A stretch of DNA of 64,000 bases from an uncultured delta proteobacterium (GTDB lineage: Bacteria > Myxococcota_A > Polyangia > Polyangiales > Polyangiaceae). The translations under genes were made by a program, and so were the position numbers. The notes under the pieces were generated by a model. That model was not told where the DNA came from, searched no databases, and saw only the letters and a list, made by a program, of their open reading frames with translations. Position 1 is the stretch's first letter, and every line of letters starts with the position of its first letter. Location: positions 928,001 through 992,000 of the forward strand of contig CAWJCS010000003.1 of the NCBI GenBank assembly GCA_963841435.1, written 5' to 3'. Shown in pieces: positions 1 to 9,326 of this stretch.

Positions 1-64
1 GACATACCGCGCCTTTCGTTCCGGGGCGAGAGTCGGACGTTCGGGAGCGGTGCTACGGTTCGCC

Positions 65-2149
65 GTGCGCGTGTTGGCGGTGGTGCCGGCCTTCCGGGCG
101 GAGCGGACAATCGCCGCCGTCGTCCGTGAGCTCGGCGTCGCGCTCGGCGCTGAAGCCGGGCCCGTGATCGTCGTTGACGACGGCTCGGACGACGACACCG
201 CGCGAAATGCCGAAGCGGCCGGCGCGCTCGTCCTTCGCCACGCGAAGAACCTCGGCAAGGGCGAGGCGCTCCGCACGGGCTTCGACCGAGCACTCGTCGA
301 AGGCGCCGACGCCGCGGTGAGCGTCAACGCCGACGGCCAACACCCGGTCGAGGAGGCCTTGCGCGTCGCCCGCCACCCTGCGAGCCGCGAAACGCTCGTG
401 CTCGGTGTGCGAAACCTCGCCCGCGACGGCGCGCCGCGCGCGAACCGCTTCTCGAACGCGTTCTCCAACCGCTTCCTCTCCTGGTTCGGCGGTCGAAAGC
501 TCGCGGACACGCAATGCGGCCTGCGCCGCTACCCGCTGCCCGAAGCCCTCGGGCTCGGCGCCCGAGCCAAAGGCTACGCGTTCGAGTCCGAGCTCCTCTT
601 GCGTGCCGCGCGGCGCGGACGCCCCATCGCCGAGCTTCCCGTTCGGGTCGTCTACCCGCCCGTCGGCGAGCGCGTCTCGCACTTTCACCCCGTGCGCGAC
701 CCGGCGCGCATCATCTATCGGGTGCTACAAACCGTGCTCCTCGTGCCGCGCGCCGGGCACTACCTAGGGCGGCTCGCGCTGGGGCTCGCCGTCACGACGC
801 TCGCCGCCGTGGCTCTTTCACACTGGCTGCTCGCGAGGGTGCTTTCGCCCACGCCCGTCGCCGTCAAGGCGCCCGGCGGCGCCGTCGAGCACGTCTCGGC
901 GAGCCTCGAGCGCTTCGCGGGCTCCTACGTGCTCCGCCGCGGCGCGCTGCTCCAGGTCGGGCTCGACGGCGACCCCGAGCGCATCGGCTTCGCGCAGGCG
1001 CGCCTCTTGCGCCACGAAATGCTGGAAAACGAGCATGTGCTGCTCGAGCGCTTCGGCGCCGCCGTGCCCTACCGCATCGCGCGGACCGCGCTGCTCGATC
1101 TCGCGCGCCTTCGCTATCGCTCGCTCGATCACGGCTTCTCGCCCGAGCGCCGGCGCGAGATCGCCGCGGGGGCGCTCGGCTTCCAGCCCGACCCCTACGC
1201 CGATTTCGTCCCAACCTACCAGCGCTTCGTCTTCTTGAACGCACTCTACGACATCGCCCTCTCGTTCGAAGACTCGCCGCTCGTCGGTTGCACCACGTTC
1301 GTCTTCCACGGCCCGGCCGAGCCCGAGGGCGGCGCGCTGCTCGCACGGGCCTTCGACATGGAAGTCGACCCGATCTTCAATCGAAAGAAGGCCATCTTCC
1401 TGGTGCGCGAGCCCGGCGCGATCCCGTTCGCGTCCGTAGCGTGGCCCGGCCTCGTCGGCGTCGTGAGCGGGATGAACGTCGAAGGCGTCGCGGTCGTCGT
1501 GCACGGAGGGCGAGCCGGCGAACCGGCGACGCACGGCGAGCCCGTCGTGCATGCCCTGCGTCGAGTGCTCGAGCACGCGCGCACCACGGCCGACGCCGTA
1601 CGGCTCTTCGCCGAGCGTGAGCCGCTCGTCAGCCACCTCGTCGTCGTCGCGGACGCGGCGGGAGACGCGGCCGTCATCGAGCGCGTTCCGGGCCGAAAAC
1701 CCTACGTGCGAAGGCTTCCGCCGCGCGCCGGCGTCACCAACCACTTCGAGGGGCCTTCGCGCAACGACCCCAAGAACCTGCGCGTCATCGCCGAATCGAG
1801 CACGCGCGACCGCCGCGCACGCGCCGACGAGCTCGCCGCCCGCGCCGCGGCTCCCGTGCGCCCCTCGGCGGCGCTCGCCATGCTGCGCGACCGCAGCGGC
1901 CCCGGCGACACGCCCCTGCCGCTCGGCGATCGGCGCGCCATCGACGCCCTGATCGCGACGCACGGCATCATCGCCGACACGCGCACACGCACGCTCTGGG
2001 TGAGCGAGAGCCCGCACCTGCTCGGTCGCTTCGTTGCCTTCGACCTCGAACGCCTGCTCGCCCCGGACTACGCGCCGAACGACGAGGCACTGCCGGCGTT
2101 GCCGGCGGACCCGGACGAGGCGACGCTCGCGCGAGCACGGGCAGAGTGA
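65..2149 (+). CDS. Fusion of a family-2 glycosyltransferase and a C45-family (Ntn-hydrolase, autoproteolytic acyltransferase/hydrolase) domain
   Basis: N-terminal VPAF..VVDDGSDD..HAKNLGKG..ADGQH..DTQCGLR (GT2), then a TM helix, then LVGCTTF (Ntn nucleophile Cys), ARAFD, GVVSGMN, VTNHF (C45). GTG at 65 chosen because TGcTACGGT (extended -10-like) precedes it; the ORF track starts at 50. Confidence 0.85.
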   Translation: MRVLAVVPAFRAERTIAAVVRELGVALGAEAGPVIVVDDGSDDDTARNAEAAGALVLRHAKNLGKGEALRTGFDRALVEGADAAVSVNADGQHPVEEALRVARHPASRETLVLGVRNLARDGAPRANRFSNAFSNRFLSWFGGRKLADTQCGLRRYPLPEALGLGARAKGYAFESELLLRAARRGRPIAELPVRVVYPPVGERVSHFHPVRDPARIIYRVLQTVLLVPRAGHYLGRLALGLAVTTLAAVALSHWLLARVLSPTPVAVKAPGGAVEHVSASLERFAGSYVLRRGALLQVGLDGDPERIGFAQARLLRHEMLENEHVLLERFGAAVPYRIARTALLDLARLRYRSLDHGFSPERRREIAAGALGFQPDPYADFVPTYQRFVFLNALYDIALSFEDSPLVGCTTFVFHGPAEPEGGALLARAFDMEVDPIFNRKKAIFLVREPGAIPFASVAWPGLVGVVSGMNVEGVAVVVHGGRAGEPATHGEPVVHALRRVLEHARTTADAVRLFAEREPLVSHLVVVADAAGDAAVIERVPGRKPYVRRLPPRAGVTNHFEGPSRNDPKNLRVIAESSTRDRRARADELAARAAAPVRPSAALAMLRDRSGPGDTPLPLGDRRAIDALIATHGIIADTRTRTLWVSESPHLLGRFVAFDLERLLAPDYAPNDEALPALPADPDEATLARARAE

Positions 2150-2168
2150 GTATTTTCGGCTCTGAAAG

Positions 2169-3365
2169 CGTGATCTGGTCGTCCAAGACTCCGAGGTCGT
2201 GGTGGGCGCGGGCTTTGATGGTTTTTTCCTGCTGGTCTTCGCTGAAAGCTCTCGCGACCCTCGCAATCCGCAAGCAAACACGCGCCCGGCCTCGCCGGTT
2301 CCTTTGCTTGGGTGGTGGTCTCTCGAGGCGATCGTGATCTGGTCGTCCAAGACTCCGAGGTCGTGGTGGGCGCGGGCTTTGATGGTTTTTTCCTGCTGGT
2401 CTTCGCTGAAAGCTCTCGCGACCCTCGCAATCCGCAAGCAAACACGCGCCCGGCCTCGCCGGTTCCTTTGCTTGGGTGGTGGTCTCTCGAGGCGATCGTG
2501 ATCTGGTCGTCCAAGACTCCGAGGTCGTGGTGGGCGCGGGCTTTGATGGTTTTTTCCTGCTGGTCTTCGCTGAAAGCTCTCGCGACCCTCGCAATCCGCA
2601 AGCAAACACGCCCCCGGCCTCGCCGGTTCCTTTGCTTGGGTGGTGGTCTCTCGAGGCAATCGTGATCTGGTCGTCCAAGACTCCGAGGTCGTGGTGGGCG
2701 CGGGCTTTGATGGTTTTTTCCTGCTGGTCTTCGCTGAAAGCTCTCGCGACCCTCGCAATCCGCAAGCAAACACGCGCCCGGCCTCGCCGGTTCCTTTGCT
2801 TGGGTGGTGGTCTCTCGAGGCGATCGTGATTTGGTCTTCCAAGACTCCGAGGTCGTGGTGGGCGCGGGCTTTGATGGTTTTTTCCTGCTGGTCTTCGCTG
2901 AAAGCTCTCGCGACCCTCGCAATCCGCAAGCAAACACGCCCCCGGCCTCGCCGGTTCCTTTGCTTGGGTGGTGGTCTCTCGAGGCAATCGTGATTTGGTC
3001 GTCCAAGACTCCGAGGTCGTGGTGGGCGCGGGCTTTGATGGTTTTTTCCTGCTGGTCTTCGCTGAAAGCTCTCGCGACCCTCGCAATCCGCAAGCAAACA
3101 CGCGCCCGGCCTCGCCGGTTCCTTTGCTTGGGTGGTGGTCTCTCGAGGCGATCGTGATCTGGTCTTCCAAGACTCCGAGGTCGTGGTGGGCGCGGGCTTT
3201 GATGGTTTTTTCCTGCTGGTCTTCGCTGAAAGCTCTCGCGACCCTCGCAATCCGCAAGCAAACACGCGCCCGGCCTCGCCGGTTCCTTTGCTTGGGTGGT
3301 GGTCTCTCGAGGCAATCGTGATCTGGTCTTCCAAGACTCCGAGGTCGTGGTGGGCGCGGGCTTTG
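2169..3365. repeat. Intergenic tandem array, 164-bp unit, 7 full copies plus a 49-bp partial
   Basis: CGTGATYTGGTCKTCCAAGACTCCGAGGTCG recurs at 2169, 2333, 2497, 2661, 2825, 2989, 3153 and 3317. Only 4 polymorphic positions among units and no unique spacers. Confidence 0.97.
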
Positions 3366-3429
3366 CCCGCGCTTGTTTCGACCTGGTAGGTTTGACGGAT
3401 CCGTGCGGCTGGGACGGCTCCGTCCGGGC

Positions 3430-4528
3430 TCAGCGCTCTAGGCCGATCCAGGCGCCGCCGCAGGCGAGGCCGAGCGCGATGGGCGCCACGGCGAGGGCGA
3501 AGAGCACGCCGATCGGCGCCGCGAGCCACAGCATGCCGACGAGCAGGCCCAGCGTGAGCGCTGCCGCGAGCGCTGGCTCGAGGAGCCCCTGCCCCGAGCT
3601 CGCCCGCGCCACGAGGTACCCGGACAGCGGGAAGGCGGCGAGCACGGCTGCACCGAGCAGCACGAGGGGGCCCGAAGAGCGCACGTCGGCCTCGTCAGCG
3701 AGCGAAAAATCGATCCCCAGCCGATTGCCGGCCACGACCGATGCCGAAACGAGCACGACGACGAGCCCGAGCGTCGCGAACGCGCCGAGCACGATCCAGC
3801 GCAGCATCAGCGGTCGCTCGCGCTGCACGAGCCGCGCGCGAACTTCCTCGATCGACGGCGGCTCGAGCGTGTGCACCGAATGGACCGCACCCTCGCCGCG
3901 CAGCGCCATGAACGTGCCGAGCGCCATGAAGAGCAGCATCGGGGCCGTCACGACGAGAAGCCCGGGCCCGCGTCCCCAGAGGATGTGGTCGTAGAGCCCG
4001 TGCAGCAGCATCGACACGAGCCAGGCCACGGAGAACCAGCGGTCGTGCCGGTGCACCGCGCCGAGCGCATAGCCCCAGACCCCCGCGAAGAACAGCGACG
4101 CAGGAGCGGAGAGCAGGAGGCGCGCGAAGTCAACGGCGTCGCCCGCTGGAAGGGGGAGCAGCATCGCCTCGGCCGCGGAGAACCCCGCAGCAGCCGCCGC
4201 CGCATAGAACAATCCCTGCCGTGGGCTCTCGACGCGCCGCCGACGGTACAGGGTCCAGACGACGAGCACCTTGACGCCCTCCTCGAGCGGCGCCGCGAGG
4301 AGGAAGGTCGCGAGCAAGGCGCCGCTCGCTCCCGAGCGCGTCACCTCGAAGCTTAGCTCCGCGAAGCCGAGCACCCACTGCTCGACCTCGATCGTGAGCG
4401 CCCCCGCGAGCGCGCCCCCCACGGCCACGAGCAACCCCAGCCGACGCGAGAATCCGCGCGCGCCCGCGTGCGCGGAGGTAGATCAGCAACGCAAGCAGCA
4501 GGGGCAGGGCTGCAGCGAAGACCCGCAT
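3430..4528 (-). CDS. PrsW-family intramembrane metalloprotease (apparent frameshift near 4455-4462)
   Basis: APLEEGVK, GFSAAE and LHGLYD motifs with multiple TM helices. The N-terminal TM segment MRVFAAALPLLLALLIYL from ATG 4528 is in a different frame and joins across a (CG)4 tract. Confidence 0.8.
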
Positions 4529-4531
4529 GAT

Positions 4532-5269
4532 TCAGAAATGCAGACCGGCCACGGCCGTCGCGGTGACGCCGAGACCGATGCTGCTGGCGTCCGTGGCCGT
4601 AGGGGTCTCCGCCGAGTGCGAGAGAAAGAGCACGTCGCCCGAGACGTTGGCGCCGAGCGAGAACATGCTCGTGAAGTAGTAGTCGAGGCCGCCGAACAGG
4701 CGCGCGTCGAGCCCCACGGCAGGCTGTTCCTTGAACGGCGTCGGCGAGACGTTGTCCGCCGTGACGCGAACGAAATCGTAGACGCGCGCGTACCCGACGC
4801 CGATCCCTCCGTACGGTTCGAGCGCACCGAACGGGAAGTGGACGGCACCTTCGGCGTCGATCGTCACGTGCTTGAAGGCGTAGGCCGTGCCCCAGCGAAA
4901 GCGCGCACCGAGCGTGAAGAACAAAAGCCGCACGCCGAACGCGGCCCCCGCCGTGAAGCTCGTGGACTTCAACTGGTAGATCCCCTCCTGATTGAAATCC
5001 TTTTCCTTGATGGCTCCGAGCCCGAGGTGCGTCACGCCGACCTCGCCGTTCAACCACACGAACTCGAGCCCGCGCCCGGAGTCCTCCCGGTCCGCCTGTT
5101 GGAGCGTCTGCTCCGGCGTCGGCTCGCCCGAGCCCTCGTTGCCGCCCTGGCTTTCGATCGCGGGCGGCGGTGCGAGGCCGCCCGACGACAGACCCGGATC
5201 GGCCGCTTGAGCGAGCGCCGACGACGAGACGCCCGTGACGAGCAAGAACGGCAAGAGCGCGAAGCGCAT
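4532..5269 (-). CDS. Secreted outer-membrane beta-barrel-like hypothetical protein
   Basis: Signal peptide, alternating beta strands (EPYGGIGVGY, GLDYYF), C-terminal Phe (AGLHF). Confidence 0.7.
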   Translation of the reverse strand: MRFALLPFLLVTGVSSSALAQAADPGLSSGGLAPPPAIESQGGNEGSGEPTPEQTLQQADREDSGRGLEFVWLNGEVGVTHLGLGAIKEKDFNQEGIYQLKSTSFTAGAAFGVRLLFFTLGARFRWGTAYAFKHVTIDAEGAVHFPFGALEPYGGIGVGYARVYDFVRVTADNVSPTPFKEQPAVGLDARLFGGLDYYFTSMFSLGANVSGDVLFLSHSAETPTATDASSIGLGVTATAVAGLHF

Positions 5270-5278
5270 GGCAGAAGC

Positions 5279-6148
5279 TTAGCGGAAGCGGACAGTTTCG
5301 GGAGTCCTCGTGTCGCCGAGCTCCTCGCACACGGCGCGGAGCTCCGGTTTCACGGCGCCAGTCCAGGCGAGATCGTCGGGGGTTTCGTCGAGCGGTACGT
5401 CGAGGCACAGGGTTGCAAGCTCGCGGTAGAGCGCCGCCGCCTCGCGGTGGTCCCTAAGCGACTGGGCGAGTGCCTGCTTGCCCCTGAGCTCGACGCCCCA
5501 GGCGTCCGGGTCGTCCTCGATGCGCTCGAGGGACTCGAAGCGTGCGAGCAGCGTGCTCGCCGCCTTCTTTCCCCAGCGTGGCACCCCGGGGATGCCGTCG
5601 GCGGCGTCACCCACGAGCGCGAGAAAATCCGGGATCGAGCGCGGGCTCACGCCGAACTTGGCGACGACACCGGCCTCGTCGAGGGTCACGTTCTTGTAGC
5701 GATCGTAGAGCACGACGCGACCATCTCGCACGCACTGCGTGAGGTCCTTGTCGGGCGTGCAGAGCAGCACCTGCTCCACGCGCGGATCGGCCGCCGCGCG
5801 GGCCGCGAACGTCGCGAGCGCATCGTCGGCCTCGAACTCGATCATCGACCAGGTGACGATGCCGAGGGCGCGCGTGGCGCGTTCGGCGAGGGGGAACTGT
5901 GAGAACAGCGCGGGGTCGATGCCCTCGCCGGTCTTGTAGCCGCCGAAGAGCCGGTTGCGAAACGATTCGATGACGGTGTCGAATGCCACGGCGACGTGTG
6001 TCACGGCCGCAGACGCCACGAAGCCGGCGAGGCTCCTCAAGAGCACCCGGGACGCTCCCACCTCCTGCCCCCCGGGACCCGCGCTGGCCGGAGCGCCGTA
6101 GAACGCGCGAAAAAGCTCGTAGGTTCCGTCAATCAGGTGGATCCGCAT
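5279..6148 (-). CDS. Stand-alone 5'-3' exonuclease / flap endonuclease (PolI N-terminal/Xni-like)
   Basis: LIDGT..LFRAFY, FRNRLFGGYK, EADDALAT, DKDLTQ, LVGDAADGIPGV..WGKK (H3TH). Confidence 0.92.
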   Translation of the reverse strand: MRIHLIDGTYELFRAFYGAPASAGPGGQEVGASRVLLRSLAGFVASAAVTHVAVAFDTVIESFRNRLFGGYKTGEGIDPALFSQFPLAERATRALGIVTWSMIEFEADDALATFAARAAADPRVEQVLLCTPDKDLTQCVRDGRVVLYDRYKNVTLDEAGVVAKFGVSPRSIPDFLALVGDAADGIPGVPRWGKKAASTLLARFESLERIEDDPDAWGVELRGKQALAQSLRDHREAAALYRELATLCLDVPLDETPDDLAWTGAVKPELRAVCEELGDTRTPETVRFR

Positions 6149-6235
6149 CGAAACGCCAACACCGCTTGCGTTCCGGGTGTCCTCTTTGGAAGAATGGGGC
6201 CCGCTCTGCCCCTGGGGGCTTCAGTCGAGACTACC

Positions 6236-6544
6236 ATGCGTACCGACAACCGATTGCTCGTTCTTTGCTCCTTGGGCGGACTGCTCACGGCGCTCAGCTG
6301 CACCCTCATCACCGACGTCAACCGTACCAAGATTCCGCTCGATGCCGGCAGCACCGAGGGCGGTCAGCCTGGCAGTGGAGGCACCACCGGTGGAACGAGC
6401 GGTTCCGGCACCGGCGGCTCGACGATGGGCGGCTCGTCGGGCTCGGGCACCGGCGGCACGAACACCCAGGGCGGCATGGGTGGTGAGGGCGGCGACGCCG
6501 GGCTCGGTGGCGAGGGCGGCGACCTCGTGAGCTCGAACAACTAG
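6236..6544 (+). CDS. Small Gly-rich lipoprotein
   Basis: MRTDNRLLVLCSLGGLLTALSC lipobox-like signal followed by a G/S/T low-complexity tail. Confidence 0.65.
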   Translation: MRTDNRLLVLCSLGGLLTALSCTLITDVNRTKIPLDAGSTEGGQPGSGGTTGGTSGSGTGGSTMGGSSGSGTGGTNTQGGMGGEGGDAGLGGEGGDLVSSNN

Positions 6545-7179
6545 CGTCGGCTGAGCCTGCGGCACGCGACGGCGAGGAGCCCGAGCGCGCAGAACAGGGC
6601 GCCGTCGAGCTCGCGCGGCAAGCGCGGGCGGGGTGCGATGCTTGCGCCGCATCCGTACTTCGGACAGTGCGCGAGCGAGCCCTCGCCCGGCACGTCGGGA
6701 TCCCGGGCCTGACGAAGCTCGGCTACGTCGGGCAACTGATCCGAGTCGGAGTCGCAGAGCGGCCCTGGCGGCACACCCGCTGGCGGCGGACCGTCGCACG
6801 GGTTCTTCTCGAGGGCCGCAAGCGCGGCCGCGAGGCTCGCCGTGTCTCCAGCGCCGATCTTGGCGATGCCGGCGTCCTTTCCGGCCTGCGAAAGATTCGC
6901 GAGAAACACGCCGTAGCCGAGGGCCCCTTCCGTCCTCGTCTCGACGCCTTCGTCCTTGCGGGTGCTGGCCCCACCCTGCGGGCTCGTGTGGCAGAGCAGG
7001 CACGGCGGGGGGCACGCCGAATAGGCACCCGTCTTCTCGAGATAGTCTTGGATGGCGCCGGGGAAGCTCGGCGACGCCTGGGCGCGCGCGCCCAGCCCGA
7101 GCACACCGAACGCGAGCGTGCAGGCGACGAGCCGCACCAAGCTTCGAGCAGCACACCACGCACCCAATCTCGACCCCAT
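6541..7179 (-). CDS. Secreted Cys-rich monohaem c-type protein with DxDxD Ca-binding loop and C-terminal TM/Arg-rich (MYXO-CTERM-like) anchor
   Basis: Signal peptide ..AQA-SPSF, CLLCH, DSDSDQLPDVAEL, YGCGAS, hydrophobic helix ending RRLSRR. Confidence 0.75.
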   Translation of the reverse strand: MGSRLGAWCAARSLVRLVACTLAFGVLGLGARAQASPSFPGAIQDYLEKTGAYSACPPPCLLCHTSPQGGASTRKDEGVETRTEGALGYGVFLANLSQAGKDAGIAKIGAGDTASLAAALAALEKNPCDGPPPAGVPPGPLCDSDSDQLPDVAELRQARDPDVPGEGSLAHCPKYGCGASIAPRPRLPRELDGALFCALGLLAVACRRLSRR

Positions 7180-7326
7180 GCTCCCATTCTTCGCACATCG
7201 ACGGGCCGCGCGCTACACGCGCTCCGCGGCCGGCCGTGTCGCGCGGCCTTTTCGCAAGCCTGCCGCGCACGGACGCGCCGGCGACGGGCGCCGGCACCCC
7301 CGCCGCGGTGTGCGCCGGGCGAAGCT

Positions 7327-7929
7327 TCAGCGACGCCGACGGCGTACGACGACCAAGACTCCGACCGCCGCGAACAGCAGCGCGCCGTCGAGCTCGTGCG
7401 GCGAGCGCGGGCTCGGGGCGATGCTCGCCTTCGCTCCGCAGCCGTACTGCGGGCAGTCGACGAGACCACCGGGACCGTCCGGGTTCGTACCAGCGCGGAG
7501 CTCGGCGACGTCAGGAACGCCATCGTGGTCGGAGTCGCACACGTGCCCTGGATCGCTGTAGCAATCCAGGGTTTCGAGTGCCTGCAACGCAGGCCCCACC
7601 GTGGTCTCGTCGGCGTCCCCCAACGGTCCCGGCGGCCGCCTGCCGCGCAGGTCGTAGCCGATGCTCGACTGGTTGCGAATGTTCCGGGTGAAGCCCATGT
7701 CGCGCACGGTGAGGACGCCGCCCTGCGGGCTCGTGTGGCAGAGCAGGCACGCCGGGGGGCACGAGGGCGCCTCTCCGGTCAACGTGAGATAATCCATGAT
7801 CGCTCCCGGGAAGCTCGGCGATGCTTGAGCGGCGACGGGCGTGGCGAGCGCACCGAGCCCGAGCGCGAGGCACAAAAGGCGGGCGCCGAGGGTGCGGGAA
7901 AACGCGAAGGGGGACATCGAGTGGCTCAC
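7327..7929 (-). CDS. Paralog of 6541-7179: monohaem c-type surface protein with C-terminal anchor
   Basis: AQASPSFPGAI, CLLCHTSPQGG, DSDHDGVPDVAEL, YGCGA, TM + RRRRR; GTGA overlap with the upstream stop. Confidence 0.78.
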   Translation of the reverse strand: MSHSMSPFAFSRTLGARLLCLALGLGALATPVAAQASPSFPGAIMDYLTLTGEAPSCPPACLLCHTSPQGGVLTVRDMGFTRNIRNQSSIGYDLRGRRPPGPLGDADETTVGPALQALETLDCYSDPGHVCDSDHDGVPDVAELRAGTNPDGPGGLVDCPQYGCGAKASIAPSPRSPHELDGALLFAAVGVLVVVRRRRR

Positions 7930-9159
7930 AGGAACGCGTGCAGCTGCGTGAGAATGGTCGTCTCCGGGGGGCGAATGATCGCGTCGAGTCGAAGATCGAG
8001 GTGGGGCAGGAAGAACCAGGCCGCCGAGGCCCAGACGCCGATCCCCGGCTTGCCGACCGTCTTCGTGGCCTCGAGGCCGAGCACCTGGTCGGCCTTCGGC
8101 TGGCCCGAGTCGAGCACCTCGCCGGTGAGCAGGGCGTGCAGCCCCTGTACGATCTCGTAGTCGGCCTGCAAGAACCCCGTGTAACCGAGCGAGCGCGTCG
8201 AGTCGGTGATGAGGTCGGCCTCGGCGAGCACGGCAACGGGGTCGCCGATGGCGAAGCGCGTGAAGAGCCCGTGAGCGCCGCGCGCGACGTTGGACTCGAG
8301 GGTCAGGCGATCGCGCTTGGCGTACGTGTACAAGCTCGACACGCCGAAGGCGGCGCGGCTGCCCACCATGAGCTCCAAGTAGAAGCTGTAGCCGCGCTCA
8401 CGAAACTCGTCGGGGTTGATCTGGTAGTTACCCAAGATCACCATCCCCTCGCCCCGTACGGCCTCGGAGTTGTAGGCGAGCGCGAGGCCGTGCTCTTGAT
8501 CGGATTCTCGATCGGTGCGCGTCGCCTCCCTCACCCACATCGTGTGCTCGGGGATTCGCACGCCGAACGGCAGGTTCAAGCGCCCGGCGCGCGCCGTCCA
8601 GGTGCCCTCGCCGAAATCCATGCCGATGTAGTGGTTGCGCGAGATGGCGTTGAATTCCTTGCCCTGTCCCGTCGTCACCTGCGCGGCGCGCGCGTGCGGC
8701 GAGCCCACGGCGACGCGCGACGCCCCCACGCTGCCTCCGGCGAAAAAGGAGCCGAAGCGCAGCTGTCCGTACAGATCCATCTGCATCGGGAAGGCCCTGA
8801 AGTCGCCGCTCTTCAGCGTCGACGCCATGCGCAAGCTGCCGCCCATGAGCAGCGGCTCGGGAAGCTGGATGAAGCCGAGGAACCCCGACGTTCGAGCTCG
8901 GCTCTGCCTCCTCGGCGTTCTTTCCGTCGTAGCGCATGCGCAGCAACAGATCGCTCTGCGCGCGGCCGTAAGCCGTGAGCACCTCACCGCCCGACGGATC
9001 GCCGTGGCACACGGGGCAGCCCGTGTACGCATGACGGATCATCCACGTGTACGCGTCGGCACGACGCGGCGTCAGAAGGACGACGGCGAAGCCCGCTGCG
9101 ATCAACAGCGCGCGCAGAAGCCCGCGAAGAGCGGGCGAGGAGTGCGCGGCGACCGGCAT
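7926..9159 (-). CDS. Outer-membrane beta-barrel (porin-like) protein with N-terminal CxxCH haem domain; frameshift near 8891
   Basis: Signal peptide ..RADA-YTWMIRH, CPVCH..GGEVLTAYGR; the second frame carries GRLNLPFG and beta strands ending QLHAFL. Confidence 0.72.
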
Positions 9160-9170
9160 GCGTCAGCACT

Positions 9171-9197
9171 ATTTTACGGCGGCGCACCCGCTGTCAA
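9171..9197 (-). promoter_or_regulatory. Putative sigma70 promoter for the haem-porin operon
   Basis: Minus strand TTGACA-N15-TAAAAT ending 11 nt before ATG 9159; the spacer is short of the optimal 17. Confidence 0.5.
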
Positions 9198-9326
9198 TCA
9201 CAAGAACAGGGTTTTTCTGGTGAAACTCGTGCGCGGTTGGCACAGACGCAGAGCGACGCACGGCAGAGCTCACCCGTGCGCGCAAGCCGTGCGCGGGGGA
9301 AGCCTCGAATCGAGACGGTGTCGCGA

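Noticed and set aside
2169-3365. CRISPR or other guide array
   Set aside because: Units are near-identical over the full 164 bp, there are no unique spacers, and no cas-like gene is in the window
818-3529. Long minus-strand ORFs and repeated 117-aa plus-strand ORFs across the array
   Set aside because: By-products of a stop-poor 164-bp unit cycling through frames; no RBS or gene-like codon bias, and they overlap real genes
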